This document shows, piece after piece, positions 19,591 through 27,852 of a stretch of DNA of 64,000 nucleotides; the stretch's first letter is position 1; each line of letters opens with the position of its first letter. The stretch comes from Candidatus Sumerlaeia bacterium. GTDB taxonomy: Bacteria > Sumerlaeota > Sumerlaeia > SLMS01 > JANRJK01. The stretch lies in the NCBI GenBank assembly GCA_033764015.1, contig JANRJK010000031.1:32001-96000 (forward strand). The letters run 5' to 3'. The notes under the pieces are model-generated. The model worked only from the letters and a program-made list of their open reading frames with translations, had not been told where the DNA came from and did no database searches. A program made the translations under genes and the position numbers.

Positions 19591-20616
19591 GTGGTGCCGA
19601 GGATGACAACCAAAAAGCGCCTAAAATGCTTTGTGGCCTGCGCATTTGGGAGTAACGAGATCGACTCTCTTTACTCCCGAGTAGTCAGACCCACACTTCG
19701 TGGGCTAGGCATAGATTCAATTCGGGTCGATCAAGTTGAGCATAATGATCACATCGACCGGAAAATCTTTCAGCTTATAGAGGAGTGCGATTTGTGTATC
19801 GCCGACCTGACTTTCGCAAGGCCTTCGGTATACTTTGAGGCAGGCTTTGCTGAGGGGAAAGGAAAGCCAGTGGTTTACACAGTTCGAAAGGATCACTTTA
19901 AGCCTAGAGAAGACGATTTGGCGGGGAACTGGAAAGTGCATTTTGATGTTGACAAGAAAAACATTGTGGCCTGGTCTTCAAGCAAAGATTCTTCCTTCGC
20001 TACAAGGCTCAAACGAAGGTTGACGCTTGTTTCCGCTCCAATCAAGCGAAGCCTGTCGGGGCAGGCTAGCTTGGATCAAGAGCGAAAAAATTTCAGGAGT
20101 CTATCTGTTGCACAGCAGCAGTCTCAGGTGATGCGATCCGTGATACGAGCACTAGCTGGAAGAAGATACCGATTTATAAGGCGGAAAATGTTTCCGATAG
20201 ATGACCCCAATTACCCCCACTGGGGTTCTTACGGAGTGGTGATCTTTGGGCGCTTTCGAGATCCCGATGCCCCGTTGGTAAGTCTAGAAGTTGACCCTCC
20301 GATCAGTGATCGATATTGGACAAAGATAGGGAATCGCCTCGCATACAAAGGAAACCTATCAGGGTGCTCCAAACTGGAGGGACGTTCGTCGATGCACCTT
20401 GTAGTGTTCACGAAGCCGCGCTCGCGAAGTCTACTTGCCCAAAAGCTTTCGCGGTGGAGGCCGATGGGGGATTCCTGCCTTCAATGTAATTTGAGTGGTG
20501 AGAGTAGGAAGGAAGGTGCCGTGCCAACGCTCGCCATGATTTCTCCTGTACTTTCCGAAAAGGAGTTCAAGATAGAGCTATCTGATGTTCTCAACAACTT
20601 GTTGCCGCGGAGGTAA
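19591..20616 (+). CDS. Nucleoside 2-deoxyribosyltransferase/TIR-like N-glycosidase domain protein with unknown C-terminal domain
   Basis: CFVACAFG...IRVD...IDRKIFQLIEECDLCIADLTFARPSVYFEAGFAEGKGKPVVY...HFDV. AAGGAGG RBS; the start may be ATG 19603. Confidence 0.75.
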   Translation: MVPRMTTKKRLKCFVACAFGSNEIDSLYSRVVRPTLRGLGIDSIRVDQVEHNDHIDRKIFQLIEECDLCIADLTFARPSVYFEAGFAEGKGKPVVYTVRKDHFKPREDDLAGNWKVHFDVDKKNIVAWSSSKDSSFATRLKRRLTLVSAPIKRSLSGQASLDQERKNFRSLSVAQQQSQVMRSVIRALAGRRYRFIRRKMFPIDDPNYPHWGSYGVVIFGRFRDPDAPLVSLEVDPPISDRYWTKIGNRLAYKGNLSGCSKLEGRSSMHLVVFTKPRSRSLLAQKLSRWRPMGDSCLQCNLSGESRKEGAVPTLAMISPVLSEKEFKIELSDVLNNLLPRR

Positions 20617-20886
20617 TTTGTCTTGCAAGTTGGGCATACTGCCGTGCGGGCGTAAAGCCGTCGGTGATCCCGTCAATAACGCTGAACAGCAGCAGCGGCG
20701 GGAAGAGACAGGCTACGATCCCGCTAACCCCCGCCGCAGGTCTGTCGAGTGTACCTTTGCTCGTTTCGCGAAAAAGCACTTCCTGTTCAGGCGCTACACC
20801 CGGGGCCGAAAAATCCACCTAGCCTTGTTCGGTTTCGCGTGCGCCGAGGTCAAGTCACACAGGCAAGTGATGTCGCCTTGGCTATG

Positions 20887-21627
20887 CTACTTTTTGTCAA
20901 ATTTCGATACAATCTCCCGCAGCCCCCGCCTCTCAAAGAAAGCTGCCGTTGCCTTAGCTACGGCGACCCATACATCTGCGCGGCGAGCGTACTTGGATGG
21001 GTGTCCCACCACGGCGATAGGAACGGTCATGCCCGTCGCCTTCAGGACACCTTCATAGGTTTCGAAGATCGTCGCCGTGTTTGAGCCATTGGGAGTGGTT
21101 ATTGTATCGTTGTCCAATACATGGTACGACGAAAGGTGAAGCTGCTTGAAGTGCGCAAATCCCCCGCGGGTGATGAGAATGTACGAAGGGTCTATTAGCG
21201 TAATGATCTTCGACAGGACTGAGGCTGATTCAAGTGCTGCCGCAGCAGGGCTCAGGTCTAGGGTGGCCTTGTTCTGCGACCGCCGAAAGGTCACATTCAG
21301 GTAAGGAATTCTGCGGATGGCGTCGAGGTCTCGGGTCTTAAGGATCGCCGCGAAGAGGGCGAACATACCTGCGGCGATGTGGTAGCGGGGATGCTCCCGA
21401 AACTCCACGATGTCGTGCCTGCCGTCCTCGTAAAAGGTGGAGGATTCTAGCAGGTCATCCGCTCCGGAGATGCCTCCAGGATTGTCACCTAAGGCCAACA
21501 GTGGAAACCGGTGCAGGGGGCTGTACTGAATCTTGTACAATCGACGGTCCTTCAGGCCGGATGCGGATTGGAACTCCGAGTCGAATTCCTGGTAGATGGC
21601 AGTTCGGGCCTTGCTGGTGTCAGTCAT
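20887..21627 (-). CDS. Uracil-DNA glycosylase superfamily-like protein
   Basis: Motif A-like LALGDNPGG, central YLNVTFRRS, IDPSYILI and motif B-like VVGHPSKY. Confidence 0.55.
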   Translation of the reverse strand: MTDTSKARTAIYQEFDSEFQSASGLKDRRLYKIQYSPLHRFPLLALGDNPGGISGADDLLESSTFYEDGRHDIVEFREHPRYHIAAGMFALFAAILKTRDLDAIRRIPYLNVTFRRSQNKATLDLSPAAAALESASVLSKIITLIDPSYILITRGGFAHFKQLHLSSYHVLDNDTITTPNGSNTATIFETYEGVLKATGMTVPIAVVGHPSKYARRADVWVAVAKATAAFFERRGLREIVSKFDKK

Positions 21628-21900
21628 TACAGGAGCCTTTGCGCACTAGATTCTTAACCATCGCGCAGATTGAACCCTCGTGCCCTTGCTGCCGTCAAGA
21701 GGATTCGATGTTGCTGTTCCGGCTTGTCCGAGTTGCCGCTAATGCTCGCATTTTCAGCCGTCTGGCTGCGCCTTCATCTCTCCTCGTCCGCAGGTCACCG
21801 AGGTTCCGGTAGAGATTTTACAGGCGCGAGGAGCGCCGCGGCTTCGGCTAGCACGCGCCTCGGGAGTTTAGACCAACCACCAACCACGCGCCACCCCCCG

Positions 21901-22596
21901 CTAAATCCCCCCCGCCACCCGCACCGCCACCGCCGAGCCCTCCGCGAGGAACACGCTGCGCGGCGCTGTTGTGGACATGAAGGCGAAGGGCTCGCCGTAC
22001 ACTTTGCCGAAGTCGAACTCGATCCGTTGGCTCCGCACGGGGAGGACGCGCCAGCGCGGGTGGCGCACTTCGTAGCGGATCGCGCGTCCGAAGTGGTCGG
22101 TGCCGAAGCCCCATTGGTGCTCCTTGAACCACTGCGCTTCGCTGTCCGCGTCCGGGACGAAGGGGGCGTCCTCCGCTTCGACCTCGATGTGCTGGGTGCC
22201 GAAGGGGAAGCGGAGCCAGTGCGCGACGCGGACGGCGCCGCCGGCGCGTTCTAGGCGGGCGCCCATCGGCACCGCGCGGTAGGGCTCGTTGTACGTGAGC
22301 CGCGCCATCGCCGCGACGAACGCCTGCGGCACCAGCTCGCTGACGAACACCACGCCGCGGTCGCCGGCGGCGCGGACGTAGAACCGCAGGTTCACCTCGG
22401 TGAAGTCGCGGAACCCCGGCCAGGGCACGCCGAGCACGCGCGTGTCGAGGAAGTGGAAGGCGACGAGGCTGGCGAACGCCTCGCCGCCGCGCAGGTCGAG
22501 CTCGGCGCCGCGCGGCAGGTACGGCGCGAGCACCGCGGGCAGCATCGCGTAGTTGGCCAGGACCAGGTGCTCCCAGCGGGCGGTGAGGAAGTCCAT
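21901..22596 (-). CDS. DUF2071 (YqjF-like) protein
   Basis: FLTARWEHLVLANY, FTEVNLRFYVR, EHQWGF and YEVRHPRW. Confidence 0.85.
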   Translation of the reverse strand: MDFLTARWEHLVLANYAMLPAVLAPYLPRGAELDLRGGEAFASLVAFHFLDTRVLGVPWPGFRDFTEVNLRFYVRAAGDRGVVFVSELVPQAFVAAMARLTYNEPYRAVPMGARLERAGGAVRVAHWLRFPFGTQHIEVEAEDAPFVPDADSEAQWFKEHQWGFGTDHFGRAIRYEVRHPRWRVLPVRSQRIEFDFGKVYGEPFAFMSTTAPRSVFLAEGSAVAVRVAGGI

Positions 22597-22609
22597 CCCG
22601 GCGCCCCCC

Positions 22610-24037
22610 TTACGGCGCCGGGAGTTCCACAGCGAAGCGCGCGCCGCCGCCGGGGGCGGGCGTGTGGCGGATCGCGCCGCCCGACTCCTCCGCGAGCTTG
22701 CGGCAGAGCGCGAGGCCCAGCCCGGTGCCCTTCGCCTTCGTGGTGAAGAACGGGTCGAAGGCCTGCTCGGCGACCGCGGCGTCGAGCCCGGGGCCGTCGT
22801 CCGCGACCTCGAGGAGGCCGCCGCCGCCGGGGCGCTTCGACACCGTGACCTCGATGCATCCGGAGGCCCGCCCCTCCAGCGCCTCCTCCGCGTTGCGCAG
22901 CAGGTTCAGCAGCACCTGCCGCAGCGCCGACTCGCCGAGGCGCACCGGCACCGGCTCCGCGGGGATCGCCTCGACCAGGCGCAGGCGCTCCGGATCGACG
23001 CCCTTGCGGTAGAGCCGCAGCGTGTCGCGCGCGCCGGCGGCGAGGTCGCAGGGGGCGGAGTCGCCCTGCTCCGGGGGCTTCGCGTAGGCGAGGAACTGGT
23101 TCGTGAGCGCTTCGAGGCGCTTCGCCTCCGCCTCGAGGTCGTCGGCGACGGCGCGCACGTCCTCGGGCCGCAGCGCCCCCGAGGCCGCGGTGGCGCGGAG
23201 GTCCTCGATCTGGAGCCGGAGGATCCCGAGCGGGTTGCGCAGCTCGTGCGCGATGCCGGCGGTGAGCGTGCCGAGCGTGCGCATGCGGTCCGCCTGCGCG
23301 GCGTTGCGCTCCGCCTCCTGCGCGCGCCGTAGCAGCCGCACCAGCCACACCCAGAGCGTGGCGACCAGCACCGCGCCGAGGCCGAAGGCGACCAGCGCGC
23401 GGCCCACCTGGCGCTGCGCGGCGTCGAGGTAGCGTCGCTCCGATTCGAGGCGCAGCACGCCGACCACGCGCGCGGCGCGCCCCTCCTCCGCGACGCCGTA
23501 GAGCGGCGTGAAGACCGCCTTGCGCTCCGGGTCGTCCTTGGGCCGCGTCGAGACCGTCTCGCCCGCCGCGGCGCGGGCCACGAAGGCGGCGTCGCGCAGC
23601 CGCTCCTCCGCCGCCTCCTCCGCCGTGGGGCCGTCGCCCCGCCCCACCAGCAGCAGCTCGCCGGACGGCGCCAGCAGCCACGCGGAGGAGATGACGCCGT
23701 CGCCCTCGAGGCCGCGGAGCACCGCGCCGAGCTGCTCCCAGGCGGGCGTCGAGCGGTAGAACTCGAACTGCTCCGCGCGCGGGGAGCCGCTCTCCGCGTC
23801 CACGACCAGGTCGAGGACCCATAGCAGGTCGCGGGCGGAGATGGTGGCGGCCAGCTTCTCGCCGGTGTTGCGCATCGACTCGTCGCGGTTGCGCTCGATC
23901 TCGCGCACCGCCTGGCGGGTGACCCCCAGGGCGCCGAGGGAGAGCGCGGCGAGGAGCAGCGCCAGCGCCGCGAGCACCAGCGCGATGCGGCGCCCCAGCG
24001 CCGCCGCCCGCCGGTCCACCCGCGGCGCCGGACCCAA
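22610..24037 (-). CDS. Membrane sensor histidine kinase (NtrB-like HisKA/HATPase_c)
   Basis: Two TM helices, H-box GIAHELRNPLG, N-box QVLLNLLRNA, DDGPG and FDPFFTTKAKGTGLGL. Start uncertain (TTG 24037 or GTG 24019). Confidence 0.9.
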   Translation of the reverse strand: MGPAPRVDRRAAALGRRIALVLAALALLLAALSLGALGVTRQAVREIERNRDESMRNTGEKLAATISARDLLWVLDLVVDAESGSPRAEQFEFYRSTPAWEQLGAVLRGLEGDGVISSAWLLAPSGELLLVGRGDGPTAEEAAEERLRDAAFVARAAAGETVSTRPKDDPERKAVFTPLYGVAEEGRAARVVGVLRLESERRYLDAAQRQVGRALVAFGLGAVLVATLWVWLVRLLRRAQEAERNAAQADRMRTLGTLTAGIAHELRNPLGILRLQIEDLRATAASGALRPEDVRAVADDLEAEAKRLEALTNQFLAYAKPPEQGDSAPCDLAAGARDTLRLYRKGVDPERLRLVEAIPAEPVPVRLGESALRQVLLNLLRNAEEALEGRASGCIEVTVSKRPGGGGLLEVADDGPGLDAAVAEQAFDPFFTTKAKGTGLGLALCRKLAEESGGAIRHTPAPGGGARFAVELPAP

Positions 24038-24041
24038 CGCC

Positions 24042-25721
24042 CTACGCCGTCCGCAGCTTGCGGTAGCGCGCGCGCCGGTTCACGAACGGGTCGCCGCCCA
24101 CCTCGCGCCGGTGCCACTCCTCGTACCGCTCGTAGTTGCCGTCGAACCAGCGCACCTTCCCTTCCCCTTCGAACACCAGCATGTGCGTGCAGACGCGGTT
24201 CAGGAAAAAGCGGTCGTGGGAGATGATCATCGCGCAGCCGGAGTAGCCCGCCAGCGCCTCCTCGAGCATCCGCAGCGTGTTCACGTCCAGATCGTTCGTC
24301 GGCTCGTCGAGCAGCAGCACGTTGGCGCCGACCTTCAGCAGCCTCGCCAGGTTCAGGCGGTTCCGTTCGCCGCCGGAGAGGTCTTTCGCGAGCTTCTGCT
24401 GGTCCGCGCCCTTGAAGCCGAAGCGCGAGAGGTACGAGCGCACCGGCACCTTCAGCTTCCCGAGCATCACATCCGTGGCGCCCTCGCCGACCACCTCCAC
24501 CAGGTCCTTCTCGGCCTCGAGGGTCGAGCGCTCCTGGTCCACGTGCGCGAGGCTCACGGTCGAGCCGACCACCACCTCGCCCGCGTCGGGCTTCTCGGCC
24601 CCGGTGATCATCTTGAAGAGCGTCGTCTTGCCGGCGCCGTTGGGGCCCAGCACGCCGACGATGGCGCCGCGCGGGATCGTGAACGAGGCGTCCTTGATCA
24701 GCGGCTCGCCGCCGTAGCCCTTCGTCACGTTCTTGAACTCGATCACCTGGTCGCCGAGGTGCGGTCCCGGCGCGATGGCGATCACGGCGTTGTCCTCCTT
24801 CGAGGCCGCCGCCTCCTTCGCCACCAGCTTCTCGTACTCCGCCAGGCGCGCGCGCCCGGCGTCGTCGCGCTCCTTGGCGCCCATCTTGATCCAGGAAAGC
24901 TCGCGCTCCAGCATCTTCCGCCGCGGCGAGTCCTTCTTCTCCTCCGAAGCGAACTTCGCCAGCTTCTGCTCCAGCCACGAGGTGTAGTTCCCCTCGAAGG
25001 GGATGCCCTGCCCGCCCTCCAGCTCGAGGATCCACTTCGTGATGTTGTCGAGGAAGTAGCGGTCGTGGGTGACGATGATCACCGTGCCCGGGTAGTCGAC
25101 AAGCTGCTGCTCCAGCCAGTCGATGGTCTCCGCGTCGAGGTGGTTCGTCGGCTCGTCGAGGAGGAGCAGGTCGGGCTTCTCGAGGAGCGCCTTGCAGAGC
25201 GCGACGCGGCGCTTCTCGCCGCCGGAAAGCGTGCCGATCTTCTGGTCGTCGTCCGGCAGCATGAGCGCTTCCGACGCGACCGCGATGTGCGTGTCGAGGT
25301 TCCAGCCGTCGATGGCGTCCAGCTTGTCCTGCAGCTCCGCCATGCGGTCCATGGCGGCCTGCATCTCGTCGTCGCCGAGCGGCTCGCCCATTTTGGCGGT
25401 CACCTCGTCGTACTCGGCGAGGGCGGCCTTGATCTCGACGAAGGCCGACTCGACCGCGTCGCGCACCGTGGTTTCCGCGTCGAGGAGCGGCTCCTGCATC
25501 ACCATGCCGGCGCGGAAGCCGCGGGTGATCTCGGCCTTGCCCTGGAAACGGTCGTCCATGCCCGCCATGATCTTGAGGACGGTGGACTTGCCGGAGCCGT
25601 TTTCGCCGACGATGCCGATCTTGGCGCCGGGGTAGAAGCAGAGGTTGATGTTCTTGAGGACCTGCTTCTGGCCGTAGAACTTGTTCAGGCCCAGCATTGT
25701 GAAGATGAACTGTTCAGCCAT
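24042..25721 (-). CDS. ettA: Energy-dependent translational throttle ABC-F protein
   Basis: MAEQFIFTM, FYPGAKIG, two ABC cassettes (GENGSGKST, GPNGAGKTT) and WILEL...PFEGNYTSWLEQK. Confidence 0.95.
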   Translation of the reverse strand: MAEQFIFTMLGLNKFYGQKQVLKNINLCFYPGAKIGIVGENGSGKSTVLKIMAGMDDRFQGKAEITRGFRAGMVMQEPLLDAETTVRDAVESAFVEIKAALAEYDEVTAKMGEPLGDDEMQAAMDRMAELQDKLDAIDGWNLDTHIAVASEALMLPDDDQKIGTLSGGEKRRVALCKALLEKPDLLLLDEPTNHLDAETIDWLEQQLVDYPGTVIIVTHDRYFLDNITKWILELEGGQGIPFEGNYTSWLEQKLAKFASEEKKDSPRRKMLERELSWIKMGAKERDDAGRARLAEYEKLVAKEAAASKEDNAVIAIAPGPHLGDQVIEFKNVTKGYGGEPLIKDASFTIPRGAIVGVLGPNGAGKTTLFKMITGAEKPDAGEVVVGSTVSLAHVDQERSTLEAEKDLVEVVGEGATDVMLGKLKVPVRSYLSRFGFKGADQQKLAKDLSGGERNRLNLARLLKVGANVLLLDEPTNDLDVNTLRMLEEALAGYSGCAMIISHDRFFLNRVCTHMLVFEGEGKVRWFDGNYERYEEWHRREVGGDPFVNRRARYRKLRTA

Positions 25722-25861
25722 GGGGTTCGGGGGGCGCGGGGGCGCGCGGCCTCTCTCTCGGGGTGTCTGTGTGGGGGGCGCGGCGGCGCGCCGCGCGGGG
25801 CCATCATCGGGCGCGTGGCCGCGTGGGCGTCAAAGGGTTCCCGGGGGGCGCCGGAACAGAA

Positions 25862-25893
25862 CGGGCCCCCGCGCCGTGAAGCGCGGGGGCCCG
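25862..25893 (-). terminator. GC-rich hairpin, probable terminator of the 25926..26798 gene
   Basis: CGGGCCCCCGCGC-CGTGAA-GCGCGGGGGCCCG, 13-bp perfect stem, followed on the minus strand by TTCTGTT. Confidence 0.6.
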
Positions 25894-25925
25894 GGAAAGG
25901 CTCTCTGGCAGGAGAGGGAAGGCGG

Positions 25926-26798
25926 TTAGTCGTGGAGCTGCCAATCCGAAACGCGCGACGGGAAACCGTTGACGATCCAGTCGTAGGCGATGGAGTAGGT
26001 GTCGGCACCGGAACCGTCGTAGGTGGCACCGTCGAAAAGCTGGATCTCGTCGATCACCATGTTAGGACGCGCGGCGGAACCGGCGAAGACGGGAGCGCCG
26101 AATGCGACCAGCGTTGGGTTGCGATTCGCGTCCGCGGGGAACGCCGAACCCCCGCCCGAGAAGGTAACATTGTTGACCAACGGCGTCGCGGTGTCGGAGG
26201 CGGGTTCGATCCAGAGGCGCAACGTGCCGTTGGCGGTGGCGGCTGCCGTCGGGGGGATCACCTGCCCGACGATCCTGAAGGTCGTGGCCGGCGTCACACC
26301 CGAGATGGTGCCGGCATTAAGCGCTCCGGCAGTTGTGCGAAAGGTATAGGCAAACACTTCGGTGGTGACGTTCTTACCAGGGGCCAGCGTGAGTACCGGG
26401 CCCGCGGCGTTGCCGAGGTAGAAGGCGAAAGCCTCCTTCAGATTCGTGCCGAAGCCGCCGCCGCCCGCGATGTTCGACCAGTTCACCGAGCAGGCGAAGG
26501 TGAATCCGTTGCTGGTGAACCCGGTCGGGAAGTACCCCATCGCGGAGTCTTCCACGCCATTGTAGGCGACGCCATTGCCGCGGTAAGCCGCCGTTGACGT
26601 ATATGCATCGGTCGCGCCGCCGCCGAAAATCTCGGACCACGGGTCGCCGCCGACGGACGAGGGCGAGCTGAGGTCGCCGACGCCCATGGTGACGAAGTTG
26701 TCAAAGTTGTCCTCGAAGACCTGCGCCGAGGAGAGGGCCGGGGCGGCGAAGAGCGCCGCGGCTGCGCCGAGGAGCGCGAGAGGATGTGCGTGCTTCAT
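25926..26798 (-). CDS. Secreted beta-rich protein with C-terminal SRVSDWQLHD tail
   Basis: Sec signal ending ALSSA|Q, FEDNFD start, G/T/A/N-rich body, IDEIQL near the end (LamG/ConA-like ending). Confidence 0.75.
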   Translation of the reverse strand: MKHAHPLALLGAAAALFAAPALSSAQVFEDNFDNFVTMGVGDLSSPSSVGGDPWSEIFGGGATDAYTSTAAYRGNGVAYNGVEDSAMGYFPTGFTSNGFTFACSVNWSNIAGGGGFGTNLKEAFAFYLGNAAGPVLTLAPGKNVTTEVFAYTFRTTAGALNAGTISGVTPATTFRIVGQVIPPTAAATANGTLRLWIEPASDTATPLVNNVTFSGGGSAFPADANRNPTLVAFGAPVFAGSAARPNMVIDEIQLFDGATYDGSGADTYSIAYDWIVNGFPSRVSDWQLHD

Positions 26799-26911
26799 AG
26801 TCAGGAGGTCCTGAAACTGGGGGTGCGTTGGCCGCTAGCCAACGATGAAGTGCATGATTTCAGAACCGATTCCGCCCGACAAGGAAAAATTGTTCCTCAG
26901 GCGATTTTTCT

Positions 26912-27739
26912 TCACGGTGCTGTTCCCGGGCGTCGAGGTGCCCGTTCCTTGAGACCCCCTGTCACCGGGAGCGCTTCGTCGCTGGCGGTGAAGCGCCCAT
27001 CGCTCGAAACCCGGACGTTTGGCGGGCGCTTCCCTCCGGGGCCCTCGTCGATCCACTCGACCTTCAGGCCGTCCATGTTCTCGATGACCAGCGTGTAACC
27101 CCGCCCAGCTTGTGCGATAGCGGCATCCACCGTCTCCGATCCGCCGCTGTGCGAAATCCGCGGCGAAAACAGGGAACGCGGCACCTCGCTCCAATTGGTC
27201 GCGGAGAACGACTCCAAGCGCACCGCGGGAGCGCCGGGCGCCGGTTGGAACTCGAGGGGGCGGAGCCCCGCGTCCAGCACCACGACGCGGTAGGCTATGT
27301 GCCCCTCGGGCGGCGTGAAGAAGCTATCAAGCATGTACCGGGTCGCGGGCGCGCCGAGCTGCTCCGCCATGATCATCGGCCGCGAAAAAACCGTATAATC
27401 CGCCGTTCCGAAGCCGAAGGGCGTGGAGTCGCCCGCTCCGAAGGCGATCGTGTGCGTGCCGCTCGCGACCTTGCGGTAGGTGCTGCGCGCGCCCGGTGCG
27501 ACGGAGGGCGCCTCGTCGCGGATCGCGGGCGAAACGGGGGCGAGTTCCCCCTGGCTCGGCGTCACGTTCCAGAACCGCGCGCGGGCGTGGTCGCGCGCCT
27601 CGGGCGTGGCCGCCGGAGTCGTCGCCGCTGGGGTCGTGGCCGCCGGCGCCACAGCCGGCGCCTTGGTTGCCGAGTCCTGGGCCGCGACGGAGGAGGTCGC
27701 CATGAGCGCGAGGGCAAGGCAGCGGAAGGCTTGCTTCAT
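26912..27739 (-). CDS. Secreted protein, DUF4397-like, with PAATT linker repeats
   Basis: ATG 27739, signal peptide ending VAA|Q, PAATT repeats, then ARARFWNVTP...STYRKVASGTHTI...DYTVF. Confidence 0.55.
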   Translation of the reverse strand: MKQAFRCLALALMATSSVAAQDSATKAPAVAPAATTPAATTPAATPEARDHARARFWNVTPSQGELAPVSPAIRDEAPSVAPGARSTYRKVASGTHTIAFGAGDSTPFGFGTADYTVFSRPMIMAEQLGAPATRYMLDSFFTPPEGHIAYRVVVLDAGLRPLEFQPAPGAPAVRLESFSATNWSEVPRSLFSPRISHSGGSETVDAAIAQAGRGYTLVIENMDGLKVEWIDEGPGGKRPPNVRVSSDGRFTASDEALPVTGGLKERAPRRPGTAP

Positions 27740-27852
27740 TTCCGTAATCCTCTTGGGGGGGGTGAATCGGGGCGGCACGGCATGGCGCGCCGCCCCGGAT
27801 CGGGAATGCAGGATTTGCGGCGGCCGGCGCCGGACAGTCAAGTCCGCCGCCG

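Larger units (their letters stand above)
19430..21850. mobile_element. Low-GC horizontally acquired island (no integrase seen)
   Basis: Abrupt switch to AT-richer sequence and A/T-ending codons between lipA and the DUF2071 gene. Boundaries are approximate. Confidence 0.7.

Noticed and set aside
20591..20818. 75-aa minus-strand ORF with a hydrophobic stretch inside the island, and overlapping plus-strand ORFs 20585..21058 and 20749..21084
   Set aside because: No recognisable motif, overlaps the ends of neighbouring genes and has weak start signals. It could be a remnant but cannot be supported.
21873..21887. CCAACCACCAACCAC short tandem, with a similar AACCACCAACC at about 44242
   Set aside because: Too short to distinguish from chance, although both copies lie near foreign DNA.
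19430..21900. Integron cassettes or att-flanked element as an explanation for the island
   Set aside because: No convincing attC (RYYYAAC...GTTRRRY) pair, flanking direct repeat, tRNA or integrase was found by eye.
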